Of a stretch of DNA of 54,088 nucleotides, positions 11,635 to 25,183 are shown one piece after another. The stretch spans positions 1 to 54,088 of the forward strand of contig ADNK01002456.1 in assembly GCA_000320545.1 (NCBI GenBank), written 5' to 3'. The position numbers and the translations under genes are program-made. The stretch comes from Bigelowiella natans CCMP2755. Taxonomy: Eukaryota; Protista; Cercozoa. Below the pieces are notes generated by a model. It saw only the letters and a list, made by a program, of their open reading frames with translations, had not been told where the DNA came from and searched no databases. Every line of letters starts with the position of its first letter. The stretch's first letter is position 1.

Positions 11635-13955
11635 ATGGTACTAGGAAGCTTGTTAATCTCAGTAAGCTTTTTGCTGCAAAGCCAAAATGGTGGGATGCTG
11701 AGGTATTGTTCGTGAAAAGATTGTATATGTGTTTAGCCATGAAAGTACCCCTCTTCGAACTAGCTTGTTACAACATTTTGGCTTAACATCCTCCCTGATA
11801 TCTCTGCACGGTATTGCTTTGTAGAATATCGATAAAGTCATCACCACCACTCGCAGCAGCGATGATTCATACAAGATCATCGTCACTATTACCACTGTCT
11901 TCGTCATGGCGGCAAGTAACCTCAAACGTAGTACTCGGGCCAGGAAGCTGCGGAAGAAGCAACAACCAGCATTTTAAAGCTGGTGGTATTATGAATTCCC
12001 TGCAAACAAAAGTGGGATTGACGACAAAAGCATCCGAAGCATCGATAGAAGCTGATATTATTACATCTGAAAAGCAAGGTGGTGGTACATTAGCGACGAG
12101 TCTAAGGAGCCATAGTTGCGGTGAGTTGACCATAGATGATGTTGGAAAGGAAGTACGCCTCCAGGGATGGGCTAGTTCCGTTAGAGATAAGGGTGGTCTT
12201 TTGTTCATCCTACTTAGAGACAGATATGGAATTACACAAGCAACGATATCAGAAAAAACTCCCGAAGATGTTAGAATACAAGCCAAACAAGTCCGTCCTG
12301 AATGTGTGGTAGAAATCACTGGAATAGTATCTAAGAGAGATGATACTGCTGTTAATCCAGATATGAAGACAGGTAAAGTAGAAGTATTGGCATCTGACGT
12401 TAAAATAATCTCAAGAACAGGCAAGTTGCCTTTTTCGATGAATGAAGGCGGAAAAGATGGAGAAGCTAAGGAGGAAACACGACTTCGTTACCGTTATCTT
12501 GACTTGAGACGGAATCCTATGCAACGTGCCCTTCAGATGAGACACCGTGCAGCCATGTCTGTCCGAAATTACCTAGATTCTCAAGACTTTCTTGAAATTG
12601 AAACCCCAGTTCTATGCCGTGCGACTCCAGAGGGAGCTCGAGACTATCTCGTGCCTTCACGAGTACATCCTGGAGAGTGGTTTGCCTTACCTCAAAGCCC
12701 TCAAATGTACAAACAATCCCTTATGGTGTCAGGATATGATCGCTATTTTCAAATAGTTCGTTGTTTTCGCGACGAAGATCTACGTGCTGATCGTCAGCCA
12801 GAGTTTACTCAAATTGACATCGAAATGGCCCACGTTACTTCCCAAGACATCATGAGAATAGGAGAAGGTGTCGCTCGTGCAATGTGGAAGAACACAGTTG
12901 ACTACGAAATTCCGGAAATTCCCCGTATCACTTACGATGAAGCCATGAGAAGATTTGGTGTTGACAACCCAGATACAAGATTTGAGATGGAATTATGCGA
13001 TTTGACAGAAAACGACGTGATCAAGGATTCTAGCTTCGCACCACTTCAAGATGCAGAAATGGTAAAAGCATTTGTAGTACCTGGTGGAGCAGGGGATACG
13101 TCAAGAAAGACGTTGGATTCATACACAGCTTTCGTAAAATCGTATGGTTTGACGGGATTGTTGTATGGTAAAGTAAATGGAGGAGGAGGAGGAGGAGGAG
13201 GAGGAGGAGGAGGAGGGGGAGGGAGTGTTACTGTCTCAGGGCCAATATCGAAGATAGTTGCTGACGAGAGCTCTACCCAACAGCAAGAGCAGCTTGAAAA
13301 TTTGCTAAAGTCTTTTAATGCTGGGGAAGGTGACCTAGTTCTCATGGCTGCTGGTCCTGCTTCAGCAGTTAATGCTGGCCTTGGCCGTTTGCGTGCACAT
13401 GTTGCAAAGAATAGAGGGATGATTCCTGAAAATAGTTATGCTTTCCTGTGGGTGACTGATTTTCCTCTTCTTGAATACGATGAAGAGTTAGAAAGATTTG
13501 TTGCTGTTCACCATCCGTTTACATCGCCACTTCCGGAGGATAGGAGTTTACTATCAGAGGCTGCTGACAAGATCAAAGATGTCAAATCTGCAGCTTATGA
13601 TCTTGTTTGCAATGGATTTGAAATAGGGGGGGGGAGTGTGAGAATTCATGAAAAGGAGATCCAGGAAAAGATGTTTGAGTTGCTTGGCCTTCAAAGAGAG
13701 GAGGCAAAGGAGAAATTCGGCTTTTTACTCGAGGCATTGAGTTATGGTCCCCCACCGCACGCAGGAATGGCATTTGGATTTGATAGATGTGCAATGATTC
13801 TTTCTGGTGCCCCTAGTATAAGAGATGTTATTGCATTTCCCAAAACGGCGACAGCAAGTGACTTAATGTCCGGCGCTCCAACTCAAATTGACGACCATCA
13901 ATTAGAAGAATTATCGGTCAAGAATACAGTTGTAGCATCAGTAGATGAAGAATAG
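11635..13955 (+). CDS. aspS: Bacterial-type (organellar) aspartyl-tRNA synthetase with N-terminal targeting extension
   Basis: Long ORF 11814..13955 with RSHSCGEL N-terminus, OB fold, RLRYRYLDLRR, motif 2 CFRDEDLRADRQPEFTQID, GAD domain, motif 3 PPHAGMAFGFDR, IRDVIAFPKT. The upstream exon 11635-11702 is inferred and less certain. Confidence 0.95.
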
Positions 13956-14634
13956 ATCAGAATAAAGGACACAAAATTGTTTGGGAATAACTGCCTGTAA
14001 TGTAGCATGACCTGAATAAGTGAATTAGATTGAATCTTTCACCGAGCGTGTGACAAAATTCTGGCGGTATTTTGATGTATATATAATGTTGCACAGTGCT
14101 AGAGTGTATTTATATGTACTAGGCGTTAGCTGTTGTATGTACGTGTTACGCTTATGATTACATGTGACAATACTGCACGCCCTTCATCGCTATCCTCATG
14201 TCATCCATATCTAGATAAAGCAATGGCGCTACCAATATCTAGCTAGTTAGACCACGTGCGTCTAGCCTCCGCAATTGCTTGTCTTACGTAACTGTTATAA
14301 AAATCGAAACGATATGTGCGATATTGCGCGCTTGTGTGTACGTCATTATAGGGATACTTTTATATAGTATAGATACAATGAGTTGTATTCTCAAGATTTG
14401 TATAAGATGCAATGTAAAAAAAGTAGTGATCCCTAGTTTTCTTTTGTTCATTATTAGCATCTAGACCATACATATGCAAATGAATGCCATTCCTCCTATG
14501 TTGGCCATGCTACTACGCCGCTTAATGTGAGCTTGCTTTGTATTACATCTTGGCTTGTCGCATGCATCAGAAAATTTATCACGGAATTAAAGTAGGTGCA
14601 GGTTTAAGCCTTTGACCTGCTACTCCGTAATTAT

Positions 14635-15397
14635 TCATTTTAAAGTTGTGATCTTGTTCTTGAAAACCATCGCCGACCTGCTGCTGCATCATCTTGTTCT
14701 TGAAAACCACCGTCGATCTGCTGGATTCCCTCTTTTCGCTCGTTGGCTCTCTCTATCTCCTCAGTCATATTTATGGTAGACGGTGCTTTGTTCTTCATCT
14801 CAACCTAGAAATTATTATAGTGTATGATAAAATTAGAAATAGTCACAACAGTAACAACACATAATTATGGTAGCGACTGAACACTTAATATCAAGTAGCA
14901 GCACAAAAACCGATGACGACCCAAATTCATACTGTATAGTAGTACACGATTAATTAATATACTATTATTTATTGCTCACCTGCCTTTCATTACTACTAGC
15001 TGAATAGAAATTGAGCTTATCTGCCGCTGTTTCTGCCGTCGTCAGTAGTTCATTTTTGCGGTGACACATTGCATTGGTGGTTTGTACAGCCTGGGAGAGG
15101 ATATATTAATGAACGATTGAGAATAGTAATATATGATGAGACATTTGACGTGATGAGACATTTGACGTGCTAGCACGAAGTTAACAAAAACTACTAATGA
15201 AGTACTACTACTAATCAAACAACCTTCTCCCATACTTCAATGAAGAAAACGTTTCTTGTGTTTCGGAAGAAGTAGTTCAAGGAGGAAGAGTAACCAGCAA
15301 AGAAAAATATTGGTAGTAGGAATTGGATAAGGACAATAGATACTGAGGGATATGAAACTACATCAAGAGAAATTCCTGTAGTAGTAGAAGTAGTAGC

Positions 15398-15428
<31 letters not shown>

Positions 15429-15691
15429 CCACTAGTAGTACCACTAGTAGTTTTTAGTAATGTGAGTGATCAACTAATTATGGCGTGTTCTCTTCTTGTT
15501 CTTCTTCTTTTTCTTCTTGTTCTTCTTCTTCTTCTTCTACCTGTCTGCTTTGTATCCCCATCCTTCAGTAGGCATGCCCACAGTTCGGACAAACCCATTA
15601 GCTCGAAACTCTGCATTTAACTTAATAAGGGAGATCACGACGACAATAAGAAAGATGGATTGAATTATTTTGAGCATCAATAATGGTAATT

Positions 15692-15722
<31 letters not shown>

Positions 15723-15974
15723 CAGTTGTTGTTATTGTTATTGTTGTAACAAATAATGAGAATTAAAGCCGCAAAAAGTGGACACAACGAGAAGCAGCTT
15801 GTTTCCTCTGCTGTAGACTCTACTGTTACTAGGTAGTATTAATGCTGATCCTGCTGGTGGTGGTGGTGGTGGTAGTGATAGTGGTAGTGATGGTGGCAAA
15901 ACCTCGATGAGGACGAAGTCGCCTACATCACATCGTATTGGTGTACCACTTGCAAATTCATGGATGATAATTGA

Positions 15975-16010
<36 letters not shown>

Positions 16011-16729
16011 GTGGTGATGATCACAACCTACCTCTGCTGCAGCTTCTTCTCCATGATCGTGTTTTATTAGAATCCATTGGGTATACTATGGATGATGGTG
16101 GAATGTGTTTTGTAAGAATCCATTGGGTATTATACTATGGTTGGTTGGTGCCATCATAGAATAAGAATAGACGATGGGTGATATAGAGTCAGAATGATAG
16201 AACAAATGACAGGTAATAGAAGGAGGACAACTTTTGCAATGAGAGCAACTATGTGGTGTTTCAAACAAAGGAAGAGGAGTAATAACATAGAAGAATCATC
16301 AGACTATCTACCTACCTACCTACGACTGAATATTTTAACCCTACCCCCCCCCCCTCTTTTGAAATGGATGGTAGGTAGGTAGTAGACGACGTCAATTTAC
16401 ATAACAACAACAACAACAACAACAAGTAGTGGACCACACACAGATCTAACACGAACTAACACGTTTCCTTTGAAACATAGGTGATGTATACATCATCATC
16501 TGATGAATGTGGTAAGAAAATATGAAGAATAAAGTATTGAATAAATTGTCGAGAAGAACGTTCGTTATAAGAAAATATGAAGAATAAAGTATTGAATAAA
16601 TTGTCGAGAAGAACGTTCGTTATGAGAAAATATGAAGAATAAAGTATTGAATAAATTGTCGAGAAGAACGTTCGTTATGAGAAAATATGAAGAATAAAGT
16701 ATTGAATAAATTGTCGAGAAGAACGTTCG

Positions 16730-16772
<43 letters not shown>

Positions 16773-17073
16773 CCATAATACTCTTTTCGAATATAATATC
16801 ATCACTTATTGTTGCATTAGATACCTCCTCCTCATTTACATTCTTGGTATCCTCATTCACTATCATACCTCTACTACTACTACCACTACTATTACTACTA
16901 CTACTACTACTATGACAACCTTAAGGAGACCGTGGTGCTCAGATATTATTTGTGGAAAAGCACCGCGGCAATCGACTACAATTGCTGTGAATTTTTCGCT
17001 GTGTGTTATTCATTATTTTGACGACGACGACGAGTAAAGCAACAGAAGGCACCACCAACAGCAGCACATCGCC

Positions 17074-17106
<33 letters not shown>

Positions 17107-17844
17107 TGTAGTAGTAGTAGTAACAACCACAAGGCGTTCAATAATAATAAAGAATAATTAGGAGATAGATTAACAATGTACAATTACATTCTATCAATGA
17201 TGTGTCAGTCGATCAGTGAGTTTTTACATGATACCATCAATATCATTACTTGTTGGATATTCACCACCCACCCACCATCACTACCACCACTATTATCATC
17301 ATCATCATCATCATCATCATCGTCGTCGTCGTCGTCGTCTAGCAGGATCAAACTGATCGAATGTGGTATTATCATTATCATCATTCTGATTCTCATGATT
17401 CTCATCATCACCATTATCATGATTATCCAATATAACGGAACTAACCCAACAGTCTGCTCGCAAGCTCGTAAAGAATGCTTTCGGACTTGACACGGCTCCA
17501 TCTCCTCTTCTCTACAAAAATATGATGATGATGATGATGAATATGATGGCTCCATCTCCTCTTCTCTACAAAAAAATGATGATGATGATGATGATGATGA
17601 TGGCTATTGCGGACAGTTCAAGAACAGAGTCAGAAGTGCTGATGGCTTGTAAATATGTATTGTTCTATTCCTCTTCTCTCTCTCTTCTGTCTCTCTCTCT
17701 CTCTCTCTTTCTCTCCCATGTCACTTACCCCTCTCTTATTGACTGGGTTGTTGTTGTTGTTGTAGTGCTTTCGTTGCTGCAGCTGCGGCTATATAGTATC
17801 CCAGCTGATAATAATAGGTAATGATGGTGGTCGTGGTGGTGCCG

Positions 17845-17889
<45 letters not shown>

Positions 17890-17989
17890 TATATATAGTA
17901 TACACCATGAATCTGTAACGTGTATGTCCAAAACAAATATGTAAAATATTACACGCACACACACACACACACAAATAAACCGGTATATT

Positions 17990-18030
<41 letters not shown>

Positions 18031-18657
18031 TTGCTTGTGTATGTGTAGTATTTATACGATGTGTATTACATATATTCTTTTGCAAAAACTTACGCGCAAA
18101 ATGCATCGATGTGCGTGGCAATAGCTTCTTTGTGAAGAAGTGTCCAGGTTCTCCATATACATCTGATCAAGATCGACGACGATGACAAAAAGATCATGAT
18201 GATGATGATGGTGATGATGATGATGGTGATGATAGCAAGAAAAGAAGGACGTTTGTGAATGGTATTACCGATGTAAGAATGTCGATGACTGTAATAATAC
18301 TTAATAATAATGTTGATGATGATCACATAACGAGGAGGACGTGACACTTCTTTTTTTTCTTCTTCTTCTTACCTGGAAAGGGGTCAATCCCTAAGTGCAA
18401 ACTTGGATCCTGCAGTAGTCGGTCTGATGGTAATATAGGAGAAAAAGGAGGAGGAGGAGGAGGAAGAGGAGGAGGAGGAGGAGGGAGGAGGCGGCGACAA
18501 AGAGTAGTATATAGTTGTTCACAGTAAAAAGATATTATTCTTGTTGTTCAAATATTTCTCAGCCACCTATCACAGAGCATCCAATATTCACATTGGTGAT
18601 CTACTTTCTTCTTCTTCTTCTCACTTATCTTCCTTCTCCTCCTACTACTACTGATAT

Positions 18658-18693
<36 letters not shown>

Positions 18694-18911
18694 AGATAAC
18701 CAAGAACGAAAGCAACCGCTCCAGAACCTAAGATATATTAATATCATTAGTATTACAGAGTTTGATTGATTGATAATCAAGATTTGATGAGATGGTATTA
18801 TAGTTATGTGTGAAAGTTGTTTAAGAACCAACGCCCAATTCCAAGACACATGCCTCTCCAGGTATAGTACAGGCAAGAAGCTAAAGAAAAGGAGGTAGCC
18901 ATTGAATCATT

Positions 18912-18943
<32 letters not shown>

Positions 18944-20858
18944 GATTATCATAGAAGACGATTATACCATGCCAATTATGAGATTATGAACAACCACATT
19001 AACAACATTAACAACACAACAAAACAAGAAAGACGAGATCGCTCACAAACTCAATAATAACCTGCATTGTGTACTCAAATTTGGACAAAACGTTGTCTTT
19101 CACAGCAGCAGGAGCAAATCGGCACCTATGATTCATGATGATGTACGATCGTGGCAAAAGAGAAATCAATATTCAATCCGACACGTATATTTATTGTTAT
19201 GAAGATGTATTACGAGCACATCAACTTGATGCTTCTATTTAATCCTTCTTCTTCTTCTTTTTCAGTTGCTGCTTTTCAGATTGTTGTCTTCTCGTCGCTC
19301 TCCTCATACTTCAAATGAATACTAATATTACTGGTTGTAATTTAATTTGGGTTATAACCACTGTATCGTTTGTTATCATTATCATCATTCTCATCATCAT
19401 TATCATCATCTGGCATCATAATTTTAGAAGATATTATGACCTAAGCGAGTAGATATTCATTGCACTAGCTAAGACTGCAGCCATTCTTGCGATCTTGTAA
19501 TCTCCCTTGACAAGTTTAGAACTGCATTTCATCATCTAACGAACACCATAACAGAACACCAGTAGACACTGAGGTTGAGGATAAGGATTATTACGCATTG
19601 TTGCTGTTGTTGTTGATCATGTCTTTGCCGCGAAACAAGATTGAAAGATAAAATAATACTAGGAGCAAAGCATGCGCTGGTATCGCTGATGTAAAAAATC
19701 ATTATTTTCTGCAAGTATAACTATTGCTAGCAGTAGCACTTCTATGAATCACCTTTGACGTTCTATTTGATGTTGATGATGCTGCTGCTAGATTGCTTTT
19801 TTCACCATGGTGTTGACGGCGACTAAGAATGCGATCAACTACTTTCTTGTACATCTGACCTATTTTTGTTATCATTATTTTATCATCACGAATCATCATA
19901 TGATATGTATTCTTGAAGCATGTGAGGATGGCATTTTGATTCGATAATAGTATGAAACACCTATAAGCTGTTCATACCATCCTTCTTACTCTCACTACCT
20001 TCATTTTCTTCACTACGGAGGGCTCTCTCCAAAAGTCTGAGTCGCTTCATGAGTGATAACAACAGAGTATTAATATTATTGGTGGGCGAGTATTTTTTGT
20101 TTCATTTATCTTCCTTCTCCTTTTCATTATATTGTCATCTCCCCCCCCCCCCCTCTCTCTATGTATCTGTGTGTCTCGTATCTTATTCGTTTCCTGTTCC
20201 CTTCTCCATTCTTTATACTATCATTTTTTCGCAACAGTGAAAATACGAATAGAACGGCAGTTTCGAGTGAGTTGTTGAACCTCTAAGCTCTCGGACTGCG
20301 ATACAGGAGAATCAATAATTTTACTGGCAAGAAGCTGCTTGAATGCCGTAGAGTCCGTCGGTATCTTTGAAGGACATCGTCGTCACAATAGACGAAGAGA
20401 TAATATTTTTGATAAGGAAATGATAAAAGCATTGAGACGATGCTGGTATCTTACTCACCAAGTCTAGGATTTCAGCCGCCTCATCATCAGAATCACTGTC
20501 TTCACTGATGAAATAACAATCATTTATCAACTTATGCTTAGAATAATACGAGTGGAATGCTGCGGTTACTTGAAAAGGAAATCATAGTTAGTGGTTAAAC
20601 AAAAAGATTCAACCTGCTGCTAAGGTAATTATCAGAAGAAGAGGCTTCCCTTCTTATATTGGGTAGTTCTGAATAATGTTTCGGCCCCCCGTAGTTCATT
20701 AGACCCTCCATTCGAAGTGACCGGGGAAAAGCACGACGATCTTCCCAATAATTGTGACAAAGGAAGCAAACAATAGCAAGAAACACCAATTTCTTTTGTT
20801 GTTGTCCACATTTTGCTGCTCCGGATTGATCTCTTGATGCCGTTGATACGACTTCCAT
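14635..20858 (-). CDS. Putative multi-exon gene(s) of unknown function with N-terminal hydrophobic segment and membrane-like exons
   Basis: Series of short open AG..GT-flanked segments (KKLVFLAIVCFLCH, EDSDSDDEAAEILDL, RLRLLERALRSEENE, RFAPAAVKDNVLSKFEYTMQ, SIVLIQFLLPIFFFAGY, VEMKNKAP...LLK*). No family recognised, and this may be two genes. Confidence 0.4.
16515..16733. repeat. Minisatellite, 55 bp x4 (probably intronic)
   Basis: agaaaatatgaagaataaagtattgaataaattgtcgagaagaacgttcgttat[a/g] starts at 16515, 16570, 16625 and 16680. Confidence 0.95.
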
Positions 20859-21220
20859 CCAAGATCACCTCTTCATTTTCAGACACTGTCGCATACGTAG
20901 GCTTTTGCTGAATGGAGCACCTTGGGTTTGCTTTTATCTACGTGGTGTAGGACTTCATTCTTTCTTTCTTCTTCGTGACAAGATGTGTTCTTGGATCATT
21001 GGAATGAATAAATGTAGTGGTTCTTTTTCCAACAAAAAATAACCACATATTTTTTACCAAAATTCCATTCGTGAATTACGATAGATCGATACAAGAATAA
21101 TAATAATTAAAACAGCAAAAATATTGCTAATAAATTTGCCGAAATAACCCTCTCATCATCAATCATATGCATCATCATCATCATCGATGATCTGGTAGAG
21201 GAACACAAGACAAACATACA

Positions 21221-21257
<37 letters not shown>

Positions 21258-21881
21258 TCACTACTGTGGAAAAGTGCTGCTAGATCTAGATCTACGAAGA
21301 GCCTAGATCTACCACAAGGAATCGTACTACTACTAGATCTAATGACATGCCGATATTTTATCATAATTACTTGCATTAATCATTAGTTTTCCGAAACCGA
21401 AAGAAACAGAAGGAAAAAGACAGATGAAACTCACATATCAAAGCTACTTCTTCCCGCGGAACCGACAGGATTACTCATCCGATTTTGTAAATAAAATGAT
21501 GTCGTCACTTTAGATTCTCCTTGAAATTAGTGAAATTCTTGGCATAAAATATCTAGGATCTGCTCATGAACTGTTCTTTGCCGCCATTCACTAAAAAGTA
21601 ACATCAAAGATCATTTGTTTAAGAAGAACAACACAAGAGGCAGCCCTGCGGTGAACAAGGGAGTTCAGTTTGTAGATCTAATAGATCAAGTAGCTCTAGT
21701 GGTGTAGAAGAGAGATCTACCACTACATGTAAAAGAACAAACCCTCGTAGATTATAATACAAAGAGAAGATCAACCACCATTCAACGAAACACGATAAGC
21801 GAAATCGTGCAATTACTCGGGGAGTGAAAGAGATAGTAGGTGGGCAGTAACAAGGGGAAGCTGCCCGCGGTCAAGCCAAAG

Positions 21882-24398
21882 ATGATGATGATTCGTAGCC
21901 CTGAGGATGCAGTATCAGATCACCAGTTCAAACGAGGAAAATCAAAACAGGTTTTCGTTAAATGTTTTTCTTGAATGCCGTCGTCATTGATATCGTAAGC
22001 ATAGAATACGTTGCGTAGAGTCACTCACACCACCTCTTTTTCATTAGCAATTACACGATGGATCTCTAACCTCGCGGTCCACACGTTCGACTCGAACAAA
22101 TTCTCCACCATATCTATTGGTGAGAAGGAAATCCTTTCATTTTGCAAGGGTAAGAGATGCCACTAGATTAAATTTGTTTGCAACAGAAGTCGTCTGTTCT
22201 TGCCTAGTAATCTAATCAGTAATTGATCTTGATCGAAAATTGAATATAATGTATTCCTTTGAAAAGTCTCGGAGTGCCGACTTCCTAACGCCAAATGCTG
22301 AGAACGAGTCTATGATTGAAATGAAACAACGATTGCAGGAAGAAGATATACAAAAGTAACTTGTGAAGTGAGAAGATAGAGATGAAGAGATCAGAATGCA
22401 ATCAGCTTCTTTGCATTGTTACTTAGCAAAACTCAATCGTTCAATTTACAAATGTATTTTATAGAAAATTAGATGCTGTAAAGAAGCAACGAGAAAAGAA
22501 TAAGATGAAAAGACTGGGTTAGTTGCTTCAATGCTGCTGCGTTTACTACTGTATAGAATGAGCAATAGGGCATAATACCCCTACTTTTCCGTGCTGCTGC
22601 TGATAATATGAAGCAGGGAGTGGATTCTCAGTTTAAGTAGCCAATTGTTACTCATGCTGCTAATAGTAGATAATGATAAAATATTGTAGAAACAAAACTG
22701 ATTATCTAATTCCTTAATTTTACAGAGGGAGTACACAGGGGAAAACCAAAATTCTTCAAAGTCGGTAGCATACCAAGAACCACCTCAAGGTACTTAACTA
22801 TCAGGAGTAAATCAGCCGTGAATATTCGTTTATTAGTTGATGCTGACATGTATGCAAAATAATCTGATCGGTGGAAGTCTAGAAGGAAGCATCTCCGCTA
22901 GTAGCTATATTTAAGCTGTTTCTCTAGGAATGTAGTAGTAGTATGGAAAAGGAGGAGGAGAAGGAGGAGGGGGAAAGGGAGGATAAGAACTGTATCTCCA
23001 AAGTTTTTTTCAAAAGCGAAGTTTATTTACACCTGCCATTAAAGTCAATGTTCGTATATATTCCATGATCGTATAAATAATATCACTGTATCAATTGCTA
23101 TAGTCATACAAATTATACCTTGACTGAGTGATATGATATGTATTAACAGAAATGCTGAAACACAAGACATGAGAGAGAAAAAAATTGAGAAATCGGTAAT
23201 AATGTGACAATATAGACTACCACTACTTCTACTACTACTGCTTCTTATACATACTATACACGAACACCTACAACCTCAAACGTCCTACGCAGGATGTTCA
23301 TTTTTATCATTAATACACAAGAATAGGACATATGACGCATATTTTAGTAGATCACAAATCATGGAGATAATAGTAGCGGCATAACACATACAAAATTTAA
23401 GCAGCAGTCTCACAATTGAAAGAAGTAAAGTCTGTACTGATGAAAATGATTTACTATCTGCATATATAGAGGCTAGAGAGGAAAAGGATGTTTGAACGTG
23501 TCGCTGCACGGCGCTCGGGGGTAAGAAGTATAATGGATTCTGGCTATGATTCAGCAATCGATCTATCAAAATTATGCCGTGAATAGCTACAAGTGCTTTC
23601 TTTCATTTCCCCTAATAATAATATCACATTTTTTAATATTTATCACGTTGCTGGTACGTGGTTAATCAAAAAGTTGGCAAAAGCTCATCCTTCAATGCGA
23701 TTTGCTAAAGATAAATGTGAAGATTTAAGGTATGATAATATGCGACTACATCCGAACGAAAAGTGTGTCAAATAAGTATTCCACATTACTATTCTCGACG
23801 TAATCTGTGCGTAAATGTCGTGTGTCCTTCACTTAATTTTTAGAATTGACATGATTTCCACTCCACTCGATCGTCGTGAATTCTCAACAATTATTCTCAA
23901 TAATTATCCTTTTTCTCGCCCTCCTCTTCCTCCTCCGTACCCTCGTCTTTTCTATTCTTTCTGTTCTTTTTTTGTCTTTTATTGCATTATCACTTTCCCA
24001 GAAACCGCAATGCCCCCACCGCCGAAGAATTACGCTTGAAGAGGCAAATGTTGGATGAGGAGGAGCAGAGAAGACAGCAAATAATAGAAAGCGTCAAGAA
24101 GGGAAACGATCTATCTCTTCGGGCACTCTCGGCTGGTAAAATCGTCACAAGCGATGGAAGAGATCCGGTAAATGTTGTCATCATTTATGACGGAATGAAG
24201 TTGTAAATAATGAGTACTAACCGCTGTTTCTCGCTCACACCTCAACAAAATGTTTCATTCCTACAATTCTCTGTTTTGCTGTTTGAACGTGTTTTCTTCT
24301 TTCTTCTTCTTTTTCTTTTACTTCCGTGTCTTATTATTCCTGGTATTTTGCTGCCTCCTTCTCTTCATCTATGTTATAAAAGTATACATTAATATACA

Positions 24399-24451
<53 letters not shown>

Positions 24452-24517
24452 TTATGGAAGTCGCCGTGCGTGAATTAACCTTCTGAACGGGTCATTTCAA
24501 CAAATAGATTCACATCA

Positions 24518-24556
<39 letters not shown>

Positions 24557-24642
24557 TATATATTGATATTTATATAATATTGTATATTAACCTCCTGAAT
24601 GGGTCATTTCAACAACTAGATTCAAATCAATATAAATTTATA

Positions 24643-24682
<40 letters not shown>

Positions 24683-25149
24683 AATTGTAGGAACTTGTCA
24701 CACCCAATGCAGATACCAGGGAAATCATTACTCAGAAACTAAAGGTAATAGTATAGATGAAAAGGACGCTGAGAAGCTGCTGCTATTTGTTTGCATCTAT
24801 CTCTTTACAACTGTGAATCTTTATTTAACCACATTTCTTATTAAATCACCGGCTGCTCTCTGTCTACGTAGGCGTTGGCTGACATGGAGAAAGAACGTCA
24901 TAGGAAGGTCAAGCTTCGACGGGAAGAGGTATATCCCCCTGAACGATGATGTATAATACTTATGATGATGATGATGATGATGATGATGGATCACCAGAGT
25001 ACAGCAGCAGACTTACAGTCATAATAATATGATGATCACACGGATTGGGAAAGAGGGAAGTTGCTACTTCACATCATGATGATAAGTGATTTCTTGGCAA
25101 CCAACCCCCTTCTTGAGTGTTTTATTCTAATTGCATAACCATCATCATT

Positions 25150-25183
<34 letters not shown>

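Noticed and set aside
11867-13794. Antisense ORFs over aspS (also 46715..46960 over the flavoprotein)
   Set aside because: Shadow ORFs of real coding sequence.
16515-16733. CRISPR-like array
   Set aside because: Repeats are head-to-tail with no unique spacers, there are no cas genes, and the context is eukaryotic.
16620-18876. Many ORFs with YIYIYI, poly-T, poly-M or poly-V tracts
   Set aside because: They are microsatellite translations within introns. The same applies across 24200-24700, 33650-34000 and 40200-44300.
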